From: a virus
Reading direction: 5' to 3' (one strand)
Virus record (IMG/VR): IMGVR_UViG_3300022680_000058
Span: 1-64,000 of that record
Length of the DNA: 64,000 bases
Each line of letters begins with the position of its first letter. Positions within the stretch are counted from its first letter, which is position 1. This document shows, in pieces, positions 47,174-55,254 of the stretch. A program made the position numbers and the translations under genes. The notes beneath the pieces were generated by a model. It searched no databases. It was given only the letters and a program-made list of their open reading frames with translations, and was not told the origin of the DNA.

Positions 47174-47730
47174 ATCCTGTCGTGTTCCGTCTTTCGGAAC
47201 GGCACGAACTTCGACCTAAGCTTGACCTCGATCTTGAACTGAACGAAGGTTGATGTCGTGAAGACATTTCCATCCCTGGTAGCCTTCACTACATCCCACT
47301 GACTGAACTGAGACGAGTTTCCGAATGGAACCTCTGACCAAAATTCGATAATGTCGCCCTTCTTCGGATACGGGGCGCTCCTGTCCTCGAACTCTTTTCT
47401 TGAAATCCAGATGACAGCCTCAGACTCCGTTCTCGCACCCTGCTCACTTGCTTCCACAGTGACATTGTCCGACTGTGGATAGTCAATCGCCGCATAGAGC
47501 TCGAAAGGCCCGTTGTACGACCAATCCTTCCCCTCATGAGAGGGCTCTCCATAAACAGGATCTCGATTCTTAGCTCTACGAAGCTGATAGAGCTTCACAG
47601 GCTCTCCAGCGAGCCTGGCAGGCTCTGTAGCAACGGAGTCCCACAACGCTTGTTCCGTGCCACAATCATCACAATCGCTGCCCGGAAAGATGCGTCTCGT
47701 GGGCTCGCAGTCGTCGCTACAGAACCCCAT
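47170..47730 (-). CDS. neck / head closure protein (gp14-like)
   Basis: GEPVKLY..DPVYGE..PKKGDII motifs. Confidence 0.7.
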   Translation of the reverse strand: MGFCSDDCEPTRRIFPGSDCDDCGTEQALWDSVATEPARLAGEPVKLYQLRRAKNRDPVYGEPSHEGKDWSYNGPFELYAAIDYPQSDNVTVEASEQGARTESEAVIWISRKEFEDRSAPYPKKGDIIEFWSEVPFGNSSQFSQWDVVKATRDGNVFTTSTFVQFKIEVKLRSKFVPFRKTEHDRI

Positions 47731-48314
47731 CACCACCACCCCTGATATTTCGCCGGTGGCCTCTTCTGAGCATGTCCAGTAACAGACCTGGCGATATTTC
47801 CAAGCTTCTTGGCATAGTTCGTGATTTTGCTGGCGAGCGTCTTGATCCCTCCCTCATCATCAATCGAGACATTCTTCCCGATCGTCATGAGCTCTGGGTA
47901 CTCATCAACCCACTGGTCCACAACCATCTGAGCATCTTTCTTCCGGTCAAAGAATGTCCCCTCATACCCGCCAAAAGCCATGCTCATCCCAGTTGTGGCA
48001 TGAGAAATAACCCACGAAGTTCCTTTATGGCTCTTGTGAACAGCCCAGACACCTTTGACATACGCCTTGATTGGCTGCTTCGTGTGCCCCTCATCATGGA
48101 ACATGTTCGGGACACGGATCTTGATGGTTTTCCCCGACCATCCAGTCGGCCCTTTCTTCCCCTTCTTCGGCGACTTCATCCCAAAAGTCCCTGGAGCACG
48201 AACATCATAGCTCGTTACACCAGAGGCTATTGCCTCAGCCATTACGGCGATCTCATCTTCTTGAAATGTTGAAATCGCCGTCACGAGAACAGTGTTGACC
48301 GTGTGAACATCCAT
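47730..48314 (-). CDS. leader-tagged protein (MDVHTVNTVLVTAISTFQE)
   Basis: Shared leader plus AE|AIASGVTSYDVRAP. Confidence 0.75.
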   Translation of the reverse strand: MDVHTVNTVLVTAISTFQEDEIAVMAEAIASGVTSYDVRAPGTFGMKSPKKGKKGPTGWSGKTIKIRVPNMFHDEGHTKQPIKAYVKGVWAVHKSHKGTSWVISHATTGMSMAFGGYEGTFFDRKKDAQMVVDQWVDEYPELMTIGKNVSIDDEGGIKTLASKITNYAKKLGNIARSVTGHAQKRPPAKYQGWW

Positions 48315-48841
48315 CACATATCTGCCTTGAACGCAAGGTGCGCTTTCAGAGCTTCGAGGATGTCCTTGTAGACGTCTTTCACGGTTCTGCCCGACGTGAT
48401 GATCGATGCCTTACCATGGTTGAGAACGCCGCCGACATCAACAGAGCTCGGGTTGATGAACATGTCAATGTTCTTCTGCCAGCCGACCTTCTTCTCATCG
48501 AAATCGACGAAGACCTGTCGTCTGTCCTTCTTCTTCCCGGTTCCCTTGTAGCCCTGGTAGACCCTCTTGGTTCCTGGGAGGTCTTTCTTGAGCTTCTTGA
48601 GCTGCTTCAAGAGCGCCGTAGAAAACTTGACCCTCTCTTCGAGAGTCCCCCCGCCAGTGATCCCCGCTGGAGAGAACTTCGATGGAGGAGGAGGAGTATA
48701 CTGCTGTCCACGAGGGGACGGAACTCTGTACACCCCGGTGACACCATGAGCCATCGCCGCCTCGTGGAGGTCGTCAACCTCACACTCCTGGAAGAAAACA
48801 ATGGCTTCGACCAGTGTCGTATTGACCGCCTGAATGTCCAC
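48314..48841 (-). CDS. leader-tagged protein (MDIQAVNTTLVEAIVFFQE)
   Basis: Shared leader plus LHE|AAMAHGVTGVYRVPSP. Confidence 0.75.
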   Translation of the reverse strand: MDIQAVNTTLVEAIVFFQECEVDDLHEAAMAHGVTGVYRVPSPRGQQYTPPPPSKFSPAGITGGGTLEERVKFSTALLKQLKKLKKDLPGTKRVYQGYKGTGKKKDRRQVFVDFDEKKVGWQKNIDMFINPSSVDVGGVLNHGKASIITSGRTVKDVYKDILEALKAHLAFKADM

Positions 48842-48844
48842 AGC

Positions 48845-49171
48845 TCACCCCTTTTTCTTGGTCCGGTTCTTCATGATGCTGACGCAAACGCCTTCCGGCT
48901 CTTTCGCCTTGGAACACCGTCGGAAAGCATCAACACAGTCTGAGAAGCTATTGAAGTCCTTCCCTTGCTTGTCTCGGTACTTCCGCATGCAGTCAGGTTC
49001 GCTCTTGATGGGACCTGTGGGCCGCTTCCGCTCCTTGCCCTTCTTCCCCCTCTTGGCAAGCGCCGCCGGTGTTGGAGGCGTGTATGCCGCCTCGGAGATC
49101 CCATCGATGTCCGCTTCCTGAAAACCGATGATTGCTTGAAGGAGAACCGAATTGACCTGCCCGATATCCAT
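48845..49171 (-). CDS. leader-tagged basic Cys protein (MDIGQVNSVLLQAIIGFQE)
   Basis: Shared leader plus ISE|AAYTPPTP. Confidence 0.75.
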   Translation of the reverse strand: MDIGQVNSVLLQAIIGFQEADIDGISEAAYTPPTPAALAKRGKKGKERKRPTGPIKSEPDCMRKYRDKQGKDFNSFSDCVDAFRRCSKAKEPEGVCVSIMKNRTKKKG

Positions 49172-49174
49172 GAC

Positions 49175-49768
49175 CTACCTCGCTTCACCAACACCAACGG
49201 ACTCAAAGGCAGGATCGCCCTCCATTTTGTCCGCATGGGGATAATACCTCATGGTGTAAAGCCAGCCCTTCAATGGGGCAAGCCCACCAGTTCCATAATA
49301 CTCTGTCGTGAACCTGCCCTTGAACGCCTTGCCGCCGATCTTTGTCCTGAGTGTTTTTGCGACATCTTTTGCAATCTTTGGAACATCTTTCGACTTGCCA
49401 TCGTCAGCGTCCATGAAGATAGAAACCTGGAATTGCGGTCCAAGCTTCTTCGAGACGTCCTGACCAAAAGTGTGGCCTGTAGCACGGATCGAAATCTTGG
49501 GGTACTTCTGCTTGAACTTTTTGTCCAATTCAGAGGCTATCGCGATGATTCTCGATCCGTAGATTCTCTCGAAGTGTTTAGCAAGGTGCATCTTGCTATA
49601 CCGCTTGAACTCCTCAGGACTCGGCACATGGAATCCAGACCCGTACTTCTCTCCGGTAGCGCTCGTTCTGTACGGCTTCCCGACGATGTACACTGACTCT
49701 TCGAGCTCACTCTCTTGGAAGCCGATGATCGCCTGAAGAAGAACCGAGTTGACTTGCCTGATATCCAC
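49175..49768 (-). CDS. leader-tagged protein (MDIRQVNSVLLQAIIGFQE)
   Basis: GTG start at 49768; leader nearly identical in protein to 48845-49171. Confidence 0.75.
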   Translation of the reverse strand: MDIRQVNSVLLQAIIGFQESELEESVYIVGKPYRTSATGEKYGSGFHVPSPEEFKRYSKMHLAKHFERIYGSRIIAIASELDKKFKQKYPKISIRATGHTFGQDVSKKLGPQFQVSIFMDADDGKSKDVPKIAKDVAKTLRTKIGGKAFKGRFTTEYYGTGGLAPLKGWLYTMRYYPHADKMEGDPAFESVGVGEAR

Positions 49769-49772
49769 GCCC

Positions 49773-51227
49773 TCACCCCTTGCCCAACAATTCAACAATA
49801 TCATGCACAGGGACCCAGCCGGGAGATGTTTTCAGAAGAGGGAGACTCTTGAGCGCCTCTTCTGCTTCGACCTGCTCCGGATCTGACCCAAGTTTCTTGA
49901 GCTCACGAACGACCTCGAATCGCTCTCCATCCTGAGTCACTGTGTGAGCGGACCTCTCGTCAGTGAACTTTCCGTCTTTCCCGTGGTAGGTCTTCGACTC
50001 GCCGAACACCTGTTTCCTAGCCTTGACGAGCTTGATCTTCCTCTGGAACTTCCCCTGAACGTCGTCACCCTCGAAACCAACCTTGTTGAGGTAGATTTCT
50101 GTCGCACGAATCCACTCCCGCTGTCGGTGGGCTTCTTCGTCCCGATCATCCACAGAATGCATGAGAGCGAGACCAGCCATGGCCACCCCGTACCAGAATG
50201 GACTCGATGACCTTAGATGACGAAACGCCGTGTCGTCGTCGATGTCACTCCACGTCCAACCAGTACCACCCTGGTAAGACGTCTTTGCCCTTGTCGTTCG
50301 ACGAACCTTCGCCTTGGCAAAAGCGATATCGAGGAGCTTATCAGCGAGACGCCTCGCAGGATGCCTTGTCATCATCCTCGGGACGAAACGTTTCAACATC
50401 TCAGGATTCGCACGAGATGACATCCTCATGAAGTTCTTCTCGTTCGAAACAGCCTCTCGGTCCTCGGGCACGTCAACCCTCTTGGCCCAATTGACACCCT
50501 TCATGTACTGAGACGTGTCACGCCTGAGGTTTGGCAACGGGACATCAACATCAACCCCAGCGAGCTCAACCCCCATGGTCTTTCTTGGACCCGAGGCCTT
50601 GTCCTTCTTCCCCATCACATCCTTCTCTGGGTTGATGTCCTCTGGGTTCAGGTACTTGCTCCTGAGCTCACGAGCTGTTCTCTGTACGTAGTCCTCACGT
50701 TCGCTCTTCGGCAACGCCCCCTTGAGCGCCGATCCAGCCATCGCCACGCCATACCAGAACGGATCAGTCTTGAGGAGGTCACCAGGAACTACCCCATGGA
50801 ACTGATACCCGCCCCGAGTTGTCCCTACGCGCCTCATCTTATCGGCGACCAGATCCACTGGGTGAGTGATGTTCGCCACGACAGTCCCCTGGTCGAGCAA
50901 GACAGCGATAGACTTCCTGTCCATCTTCTTCGCCCCCTCCAGGCTCTTCGTGATGGACCTGAGCTTCGGGTCCTCGAACTCGGGCAGATCCTTCGTCATG
51001 TTTTTGTTCGCCCAGTTGACACCCTTAACAAACTGAGACTGGCGTCCAGGGGATGTGTTCGGGACCTTGACGTCAGCCGTGACGCCCCCATAACTGATGA
51101 TCGGCTTCTGCCGATAGAGAGGCGTCGGGTCCTTCTCCACTTTCGGCGGCGCCGGAACATCAAAAGACGTCACTCCCTTGGCGACTGCTTCATCAACGCG
51201 GCTGAAAAGATTGCCCCACCTACTCAT
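49773..51227 (-). CDS. tagged protein with two copies of an unrecognised domain
   Basis: ATG at 51227 with GAGG RBS; VDE|AVAKGVTSFDVPAP; duplicated KGVNWA..HP..PFWYGVAMAG. Confidence 0.75.
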   Translation of the reverse strand: MSRWGNLFSRVDEAVAKGVTSFDVPAPPKVEKDPTPLYRQKPIISYGGVTADVKVPNTSPGRQSQFVKGVNWANKNMTKDLPEFEDPKLRSITKSLEGAKKMDRKSIAVLLDQGTVVANITHPVDLVADKMRRVGTTRGGYQFHGVVPGDLLKTDPFWYGVAMAGSALKGALPKSEREDYVQRTARELRSKYLNPEDINPEKDVMGKKDKASGPRKTMGVELAGVDVDVPLPNLRRDTSQYMKGVNWAKRVDVPEDREAVSNEKNFMRMSSRANPEMLKRFVPRMMTRHPARRLADKLLDIAFAKAKVRRTTRAKTSYQGGTGWTWSDIDDDTAFRHLRSSSPFWYGVAMAGLALMHSVDDRDEEAHRQREWIRATEIYLNKVGFEGDDVQGKFQRKIKLVKARKQVFGESKTYHGKDGKFTDERSAHTVTQDGERFEVVRELKKLGSDPEQVEAEEALKSLPLLKTSPGWVPVHDIVELLGKG

Positions 51228-51235
51228 GACCAACC

Positions 51236-51640
51236 TCACACAGTTTTCTCGATGTCCCTGAACAGATCCTTGAATCGCTTGTACTTCGCCGGGGCTTCTT
51301 TTTCCATGGCGTGCTTCATCGTCCGGCGAGCTCCCTTCTGAGTCTGCCTGATGCTCGACACCTGACCGCCCTTCTTGTAGGGGGGCTTCAGGTATCCATT
51401 GCGAGTCATCGCCCAACGACAGATGTTCCACGCCGCACGAACGCTCTTCTTCTTCCCACCATTCTTGCCATCTTTCACAGCGACGATACAGTGAGCAAGC
51501 TGAGCTGGAACCCTGTCGACCTTCGCCGCCGCCTTCGAGCCGCCTGGCTTCTGTTGCTGGCGAGGAGGTTTCCTCCTCAGACCTCCACGGGGAGCTTGGC
51601 GCCTCTCAAGAATCATCTCGACTGGTACCCACAGACTCAC
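51236..51640 (-). CDS. basic hypothetical protein
   Basis: MSLWVPVEMILE| start; very K/R-rich; HC..IC Cys pair. Confidence 0.7.
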   Translation of the reverse strand: MSLWVPVEMILERRQAPRGGLRRKPPRQQQKPGGSKAAAKVDRVPAQLAHCIVAVKDGKNGGKKKSVRAAWNICRWAMTRNGYLKPPYKKGGQVSSIRQTQKGARRTMKHAMEKEAPAKYKRFKDLFRDIEKTV

Positions 51641-51643
51641 AAC

Positions 51644-52228
51644 TCACCCCACACACAGATCGTTGCAGATGTTCGAGAAGTATTTCTTCTTCAAGGCTAC
51701 AACCTCTCGGTCGACGTAGTCATCCTTCTGCCTCATCGTGAGGGAGCGAATGAGCGCCTCCCCGACCATCCCGACAGCGTACCAATAAGGATCGGTTTCC
51801 AGCATCTGGTCTGGTACCGTTCCGTCGTACCTGTAACCGGCTTTCTGTGAAGCCATAGCGATCAGCTTCTTCGCCACCCGCTCAACAGGATGCCTCATCA
51901 CAGACTGATACCGACCAGACGAAAATCCGGAACGGACAGCTCCAATGTTCCGGCCAGACTGCTTCTCGATCTCACGAACAACGAACGCCAAACCCTCATC
52001 AGGAGGTGGCGGGTCCTTCAAGACAGTATCCTTCACCCACTCGACGCCGAGCCTGAACTTCTCGTTCGTCCACGCAGACCCCGCTGGCGTCTTCACAGTA
52101 GCGCTCACAGGCCCGTAAGAAACTCTGAGGGGGACTCCACCCCTGGTCACCTTCCTTTGCATTTGAGACGGCGTAGGCACCTTGTATGAGCCAGCCATCG
52201 CCTCCAGCAACCGAGCGGAGAGCTGCAT
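51644..52228 (-). CDS. tagged protein with one copy of the same unrecognised domain
   Basis: MQLSARLLE|AMAGSYKVPTP; GVEWV..HP..DPYWYAVGMVG. Confidence 0.75.
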   Translation of the reverse strand: MQLSARLLEAMAGSYKVPTPSQMQRKVTRGGVPLRVSYGPVSATVKTPAGSAWTNEKFRLGVEWVKDTVLKDPPPPDEGLAFVVREIEKQSGRNIGAVRSGFSSGRYQSVMRHPVERVAKKLIAMASQKAGYRYDGTVPDQMLETDPYWYAVGMVGEALIRSLTMRQKDDYVDREVVALKKKYFSNICNDLCVG

Positions 52229-52231
52229 GTA

Positions 52232-53011
52232 TCACCCCACGATGAAAGGAACAGGATCGCTGAGACTGATCAGCTCCTGATCAAGTGAGAGTTTCTCGTC
52301 CTGAGCTTCGGCGAGTAGTGTCTCACCGTCCATAGATTTCGCACCACCTGCCGACGGGAATTCAGTGTACTTCCCACGGACTCGACCGAGGCGTTCTTTG
52401 AGACACGCCCTGGCGTACCTGAGGATCATGTCCCTGTCACGGAACCGAAGCTTCCTGAAATCATTCACAGGGGTCGTATCAGGCGCCACAGGGTCCTCGG
52501 TAACCAAGGTGGTGCTGGCGTATCTGGCGACCACTGTTCCAGTCGAATGGTTGACCGGATAGATGGACAGCAAGTTGTCGACTCGGCTGTACTCCCACGA
52601 TGGCTCGGAGCCGACAACCCGCTTCGCTGTCTCGGAGTGGGCGATCATCTGGTTGAGGGTGCCGTAAAACGAGCCCCCAGGGATTCCTGTGAGGCTCGCA
52701 TAGGCCACGGGGAGCATGTCCACGTCAATGAACGCGAAGGGGTTGATCGAGGCAATGACATCGAGCTGGACACCAGGGAACCAAACGGACAAAACCTCGT
52801 CACAGTCATCAGGCATCGAATAAGTGCTGATTCCAGACGAGACATTCTGAACGGCATGTCGTTTGATCCCCTTTTTCCCGATCCACCACCTCAAGGCATC
52901 ATCGAAGGAATCACTGCAATGCTCGTCAGTGACTTCGAGGACCACAACGCCACAGCCCAGCGAGCGCTTGACCCAGCCCTCAGCCTCTTCCCTGTTCATT
53001 GGGTCCGTCAT
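52232..53011 (-). CDS. neck protein / head-tail adaptor (gp13-like)
   Basis: WVKRSLG..VVVLEV; YARACLKERLGRVRGKY..P..GG...DGETLLAEA. Confidence 0.85.
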   Translation of the reverse strand: MTDPMNREEAEGWVKRSLGCGVVVLEVTDEHCSDSFDDALRWWIGKKGIKRHAVQNVSSGISTYSMPDDCDEVLSVWFPGVQLDVIASINPFAFIDVDMLPVAYASLTGIPGGSFYGTLNQMIAHSETAKRVVGSEPSWEYSRVDNLLSIYPVNHSTGTVVARYASTTLVTEDPVAPDTTPVNDFRKLRFRDRDMILRYARACLKERLGRVRGKYTEFPSAGGAKSMDGETLLAEAQDEKLSLDQELISLSDPVPFIVG

Positions 53012-53039
53012 AGATCACCTCTCCAGCAAAAATCCAGAA

Positions 53040-53057
53040 TGGGCAATTGATTGCCTA
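53040..53057. repeat. dispersed palindrome copy 5
   Basis: TGGGCAATTGATTGCCTA, intergenic before the neck gene. Confidence 0.9.
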
Positions 53058-53489
53058 TCAGTCCTTTTTCTTGCTGGACCTGCGTCGCTTGGCTCCCTTC
53101 GCTGCCTTGGCGAGCTTCGAGGCGTGAGACTTGGTCCCTTCACCCTCAGCCCTCTTCTCCTCGGAGGCGACCGACGACGCCGAGTCGAGGACGGATGCGC
53201 TGGCGCCGGAAAAGCTCTCTTCCTGGGCAACCTTCTCGGCCATCTCGATGACCGAGCTCTGTGGTGCTGGTTCATCCAAAGCTTCTTTGGTCAGAGCCTC
53301 GGCGATCCGGCGAGACGTCTCCTCGGAGCGGTCCACTTCAACCGACTCCTTCACCTCAACCAAGAGACCTTCGTCGGCGAATTTCTGGTACTCGTCACCA
53401 ACAAGGATCTCGCCATCTCGAACTCGGCGACTCCCACCGTTCACGTACAAAGAGAGTCTTCCGGGGCGCGGCTTCCTGAACCTTTTCAT
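53058..53489 (-). CDS. hypothetical protein downstream of capsid gene
   Basis: GAGGAG RBS; acidic middle and basic tail. Confidence 0.65.
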   Translation of the reverse strand: MKRFRKPRPGRLSLYVNGGSRRVRDGEILVGDEYQKFADEGLLVEVKESVEVDRSEETSRRIAEALTKEALDEPAPQSSVIEMAEKVAQEESFSGASASVLDSASSVASEEKRAEGEGTKSHASKLAKAAKGAKRRRSSKKKD

Positions 53490-53501
53490 GGTCTGCTCCT
53501 C

Positions 53502-53533
53502 AAAAAGAAACGGGAGACTATGAATGGCCTCCC
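53502..53533 (-). terminator. rho-independent terminator/attenuator after capsid gene
   Basis: GGGAGGC-N8-GTCTCCC-GTTTCTTTTT. Confidence 0.65.
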
Positions 53534-53725
53534 ACCACTATCAACATAATGCACTTAAAAGGGGTGAATGATCAACCTGACCAAACGCACCTCTTCTCAC
53601 TGTGGTCATAGGTCAACCTCATGGGCTCCATCGCAGAGCTCATGATCGCATAAAAAGAGGTATGTAGTGTGTGGTTATACAGGCCTAATGATGTACGGCC
53701 TGATTACGTGTGGTGTTCCAGCGAA

Positions 53726-55219
53726 TCAGAGTCCGCCAGTGATTGCGACGCGCCCGAACCATTCGCTCCTCAAGAGCTTGGTTGCATATCGGGTCCTCAT
53801 CCCCTTCTTGTTCGTCTGATCCTCAGGATCTTGGAACGTCTGGGTCATTTGAAGGGGGACGTATGGGCTGAAGACGAAGCCCGCATCCAGATAGCTGCGA
53901 CCACGGAGGCCAAGCATGATGTTGTTCCAGGAGAAGAAGGGGTCTTGGTATCCCCACCACTTGTTGGAGAGGGGACCCATCTTGAGGATGCCCTGGTGCG
54001 AGGTCATGGGACCGTAGCTCGGGGGCACCTGGATGCCATCGAAGGGGCCTTGAACGCCAGCACCGGAGGAGATCCATCCGGGGCGATAGTCGCCATGGGT
54101 CTGGGTCTGAATGAGCTTGGCCGAGACGTCGGGACTGGTGACGTACCAGTTTGCCGGGGCTCGGAGGGTTTGCTTGTGGATCTCGAAGCTGACGGCGCTC
54201 ATCCGAGTCATGACAGCTCGGATGTGGTCGACCTCGGAGAGACCAGCAGGAACGGTGAAGTCGAAGGTATCGGTGATACCCGCCGACGCCGCATAGAGCT
54301 GGTTGATGATGTCGCGGTCGATTTCGAGAGCGACTTCCTGGGCGATGCCGCCGACGAGCTCTGTTTCGGCGTCGAGCCCGTGGAACGCTCGGAGGTCATC
54401 CTGGGCCTCAGAGCTCCAGCGAGCCTTGAGCTTGCGGGTTTGAGCCTGGATGGGCAGGAAACTGATGTCGATGTAGACATCCGGGATGTTCCGGTTGCCT
54501 TCCATGTCGTACCAGTAGGTCACCCGAACGATGTTGCCATTGGTGGTGTTGACGCCGAACTGGAAGTTCGTGATCTGGCCATTGGCATAGTTGATGGTAC
54601 CAGAGGTCGCACCAGTGAACCCACCAGATCCATTGTCGACGTGACTTTGGACGATGATGTCCGCAGTCGCGTTGTACTCCTCGACCGTCACCGAGTAGCC
54701 CAGGTCGGCGTCGAGCGGACGAACTGGGTTGTACTGAAGGATGGTCGCACCAGAACCACCAGCCGGTGACCACTCCTGAGCAGCAGTGATATCAGCGAGC
54801 TTCTCATACTCGATCTTCTCGGAGGAGTAGAGCGAGTCGAAGTTCTGGATGAGGTTCGAGCCAGCCGTGGTCCCTCCCTTGGAGCGGCCATGCTTGAACT
54901 CGAAGTAGAAGACCGCACCGACGGGAGAAGTCATCGGCTGGACCGAGACGATCTCGTTGGCGATCAGGTTGGGGAACACCCTCCGGAGAACCGGAAAGAT
55001 GTACTTCGTGTACGATCCCGCGTTGGTCGAGAGCGTGTCCTCTTCGAGCTGCCGACGCATGTCACGGAACTGGTTCTCCATGAGCATGGCCATGCACTTG
55101 CGGGTGTAGTCTTCCTGGATGCCGCCGAGGTAGCGACCCCATTTTTTGACGAGCAGAGAAGTATATCGCTGGTCGCGAATCGTCTCACTCCCTGCCTCGT
55201 TCAGATTTTGTCTACTCAT
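53726..55219 (-). CDS. major capsid protein (T4 gp23-like)
   Basis: RRVFPNLIANEIVSVQPMTSP, TRKLKARWS.EAQDDL..HGLDAE.EL, FSPYVPL, GMRTRYA motifs. Confidence 0.95.
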   Translation of the reverse strand: MSRQNLNEAGSETIRDQRYTSLLVKKWGRYLGGIQEDYTRKCMAMLMENQFRDMRRQLEEDTLSTNAGSYTKYIFPVLRRVFPNLIANEIVSVQPMTSPVGAVFYFEFKHGRSKGGTTAGSNLIQNFDSLYSSEKIEYEKLADITAAQEWSPAGGSGATILQYNPVRPLDADLGYSVTVEEYNATADIIVQSHVDNGSGGFTGATSGTINYANGQITNFQFGVNTTNGNIVRVTYWYDMEGNRNIPDVYIDISFLPIQAQTRKLKARWSSEAQDDLRAFHGLDAETELVGGIAQEVALEIDRDIINQLYAASAGITDTFDFTVPAGLSEVDHIRAVMTRMSAVSFEIHKQTLRAPANWYVTSPDVSAKLIQTQTHGDYRPGWISSGAGVQGPFDGIQVPPSYGPMTSHQGILKMGPLSNKWWGYQDPFFSWNNIMLGLRGRSYLDAGFVFSPYVPLQMTQTFQDPEDQTNKKGMRTRYATKLLRSEWFGRVAITGGL

Positions 55220-55254
55220 GATACGGCCTTTCTCCCTCCGTCCGTCCTGACCCC

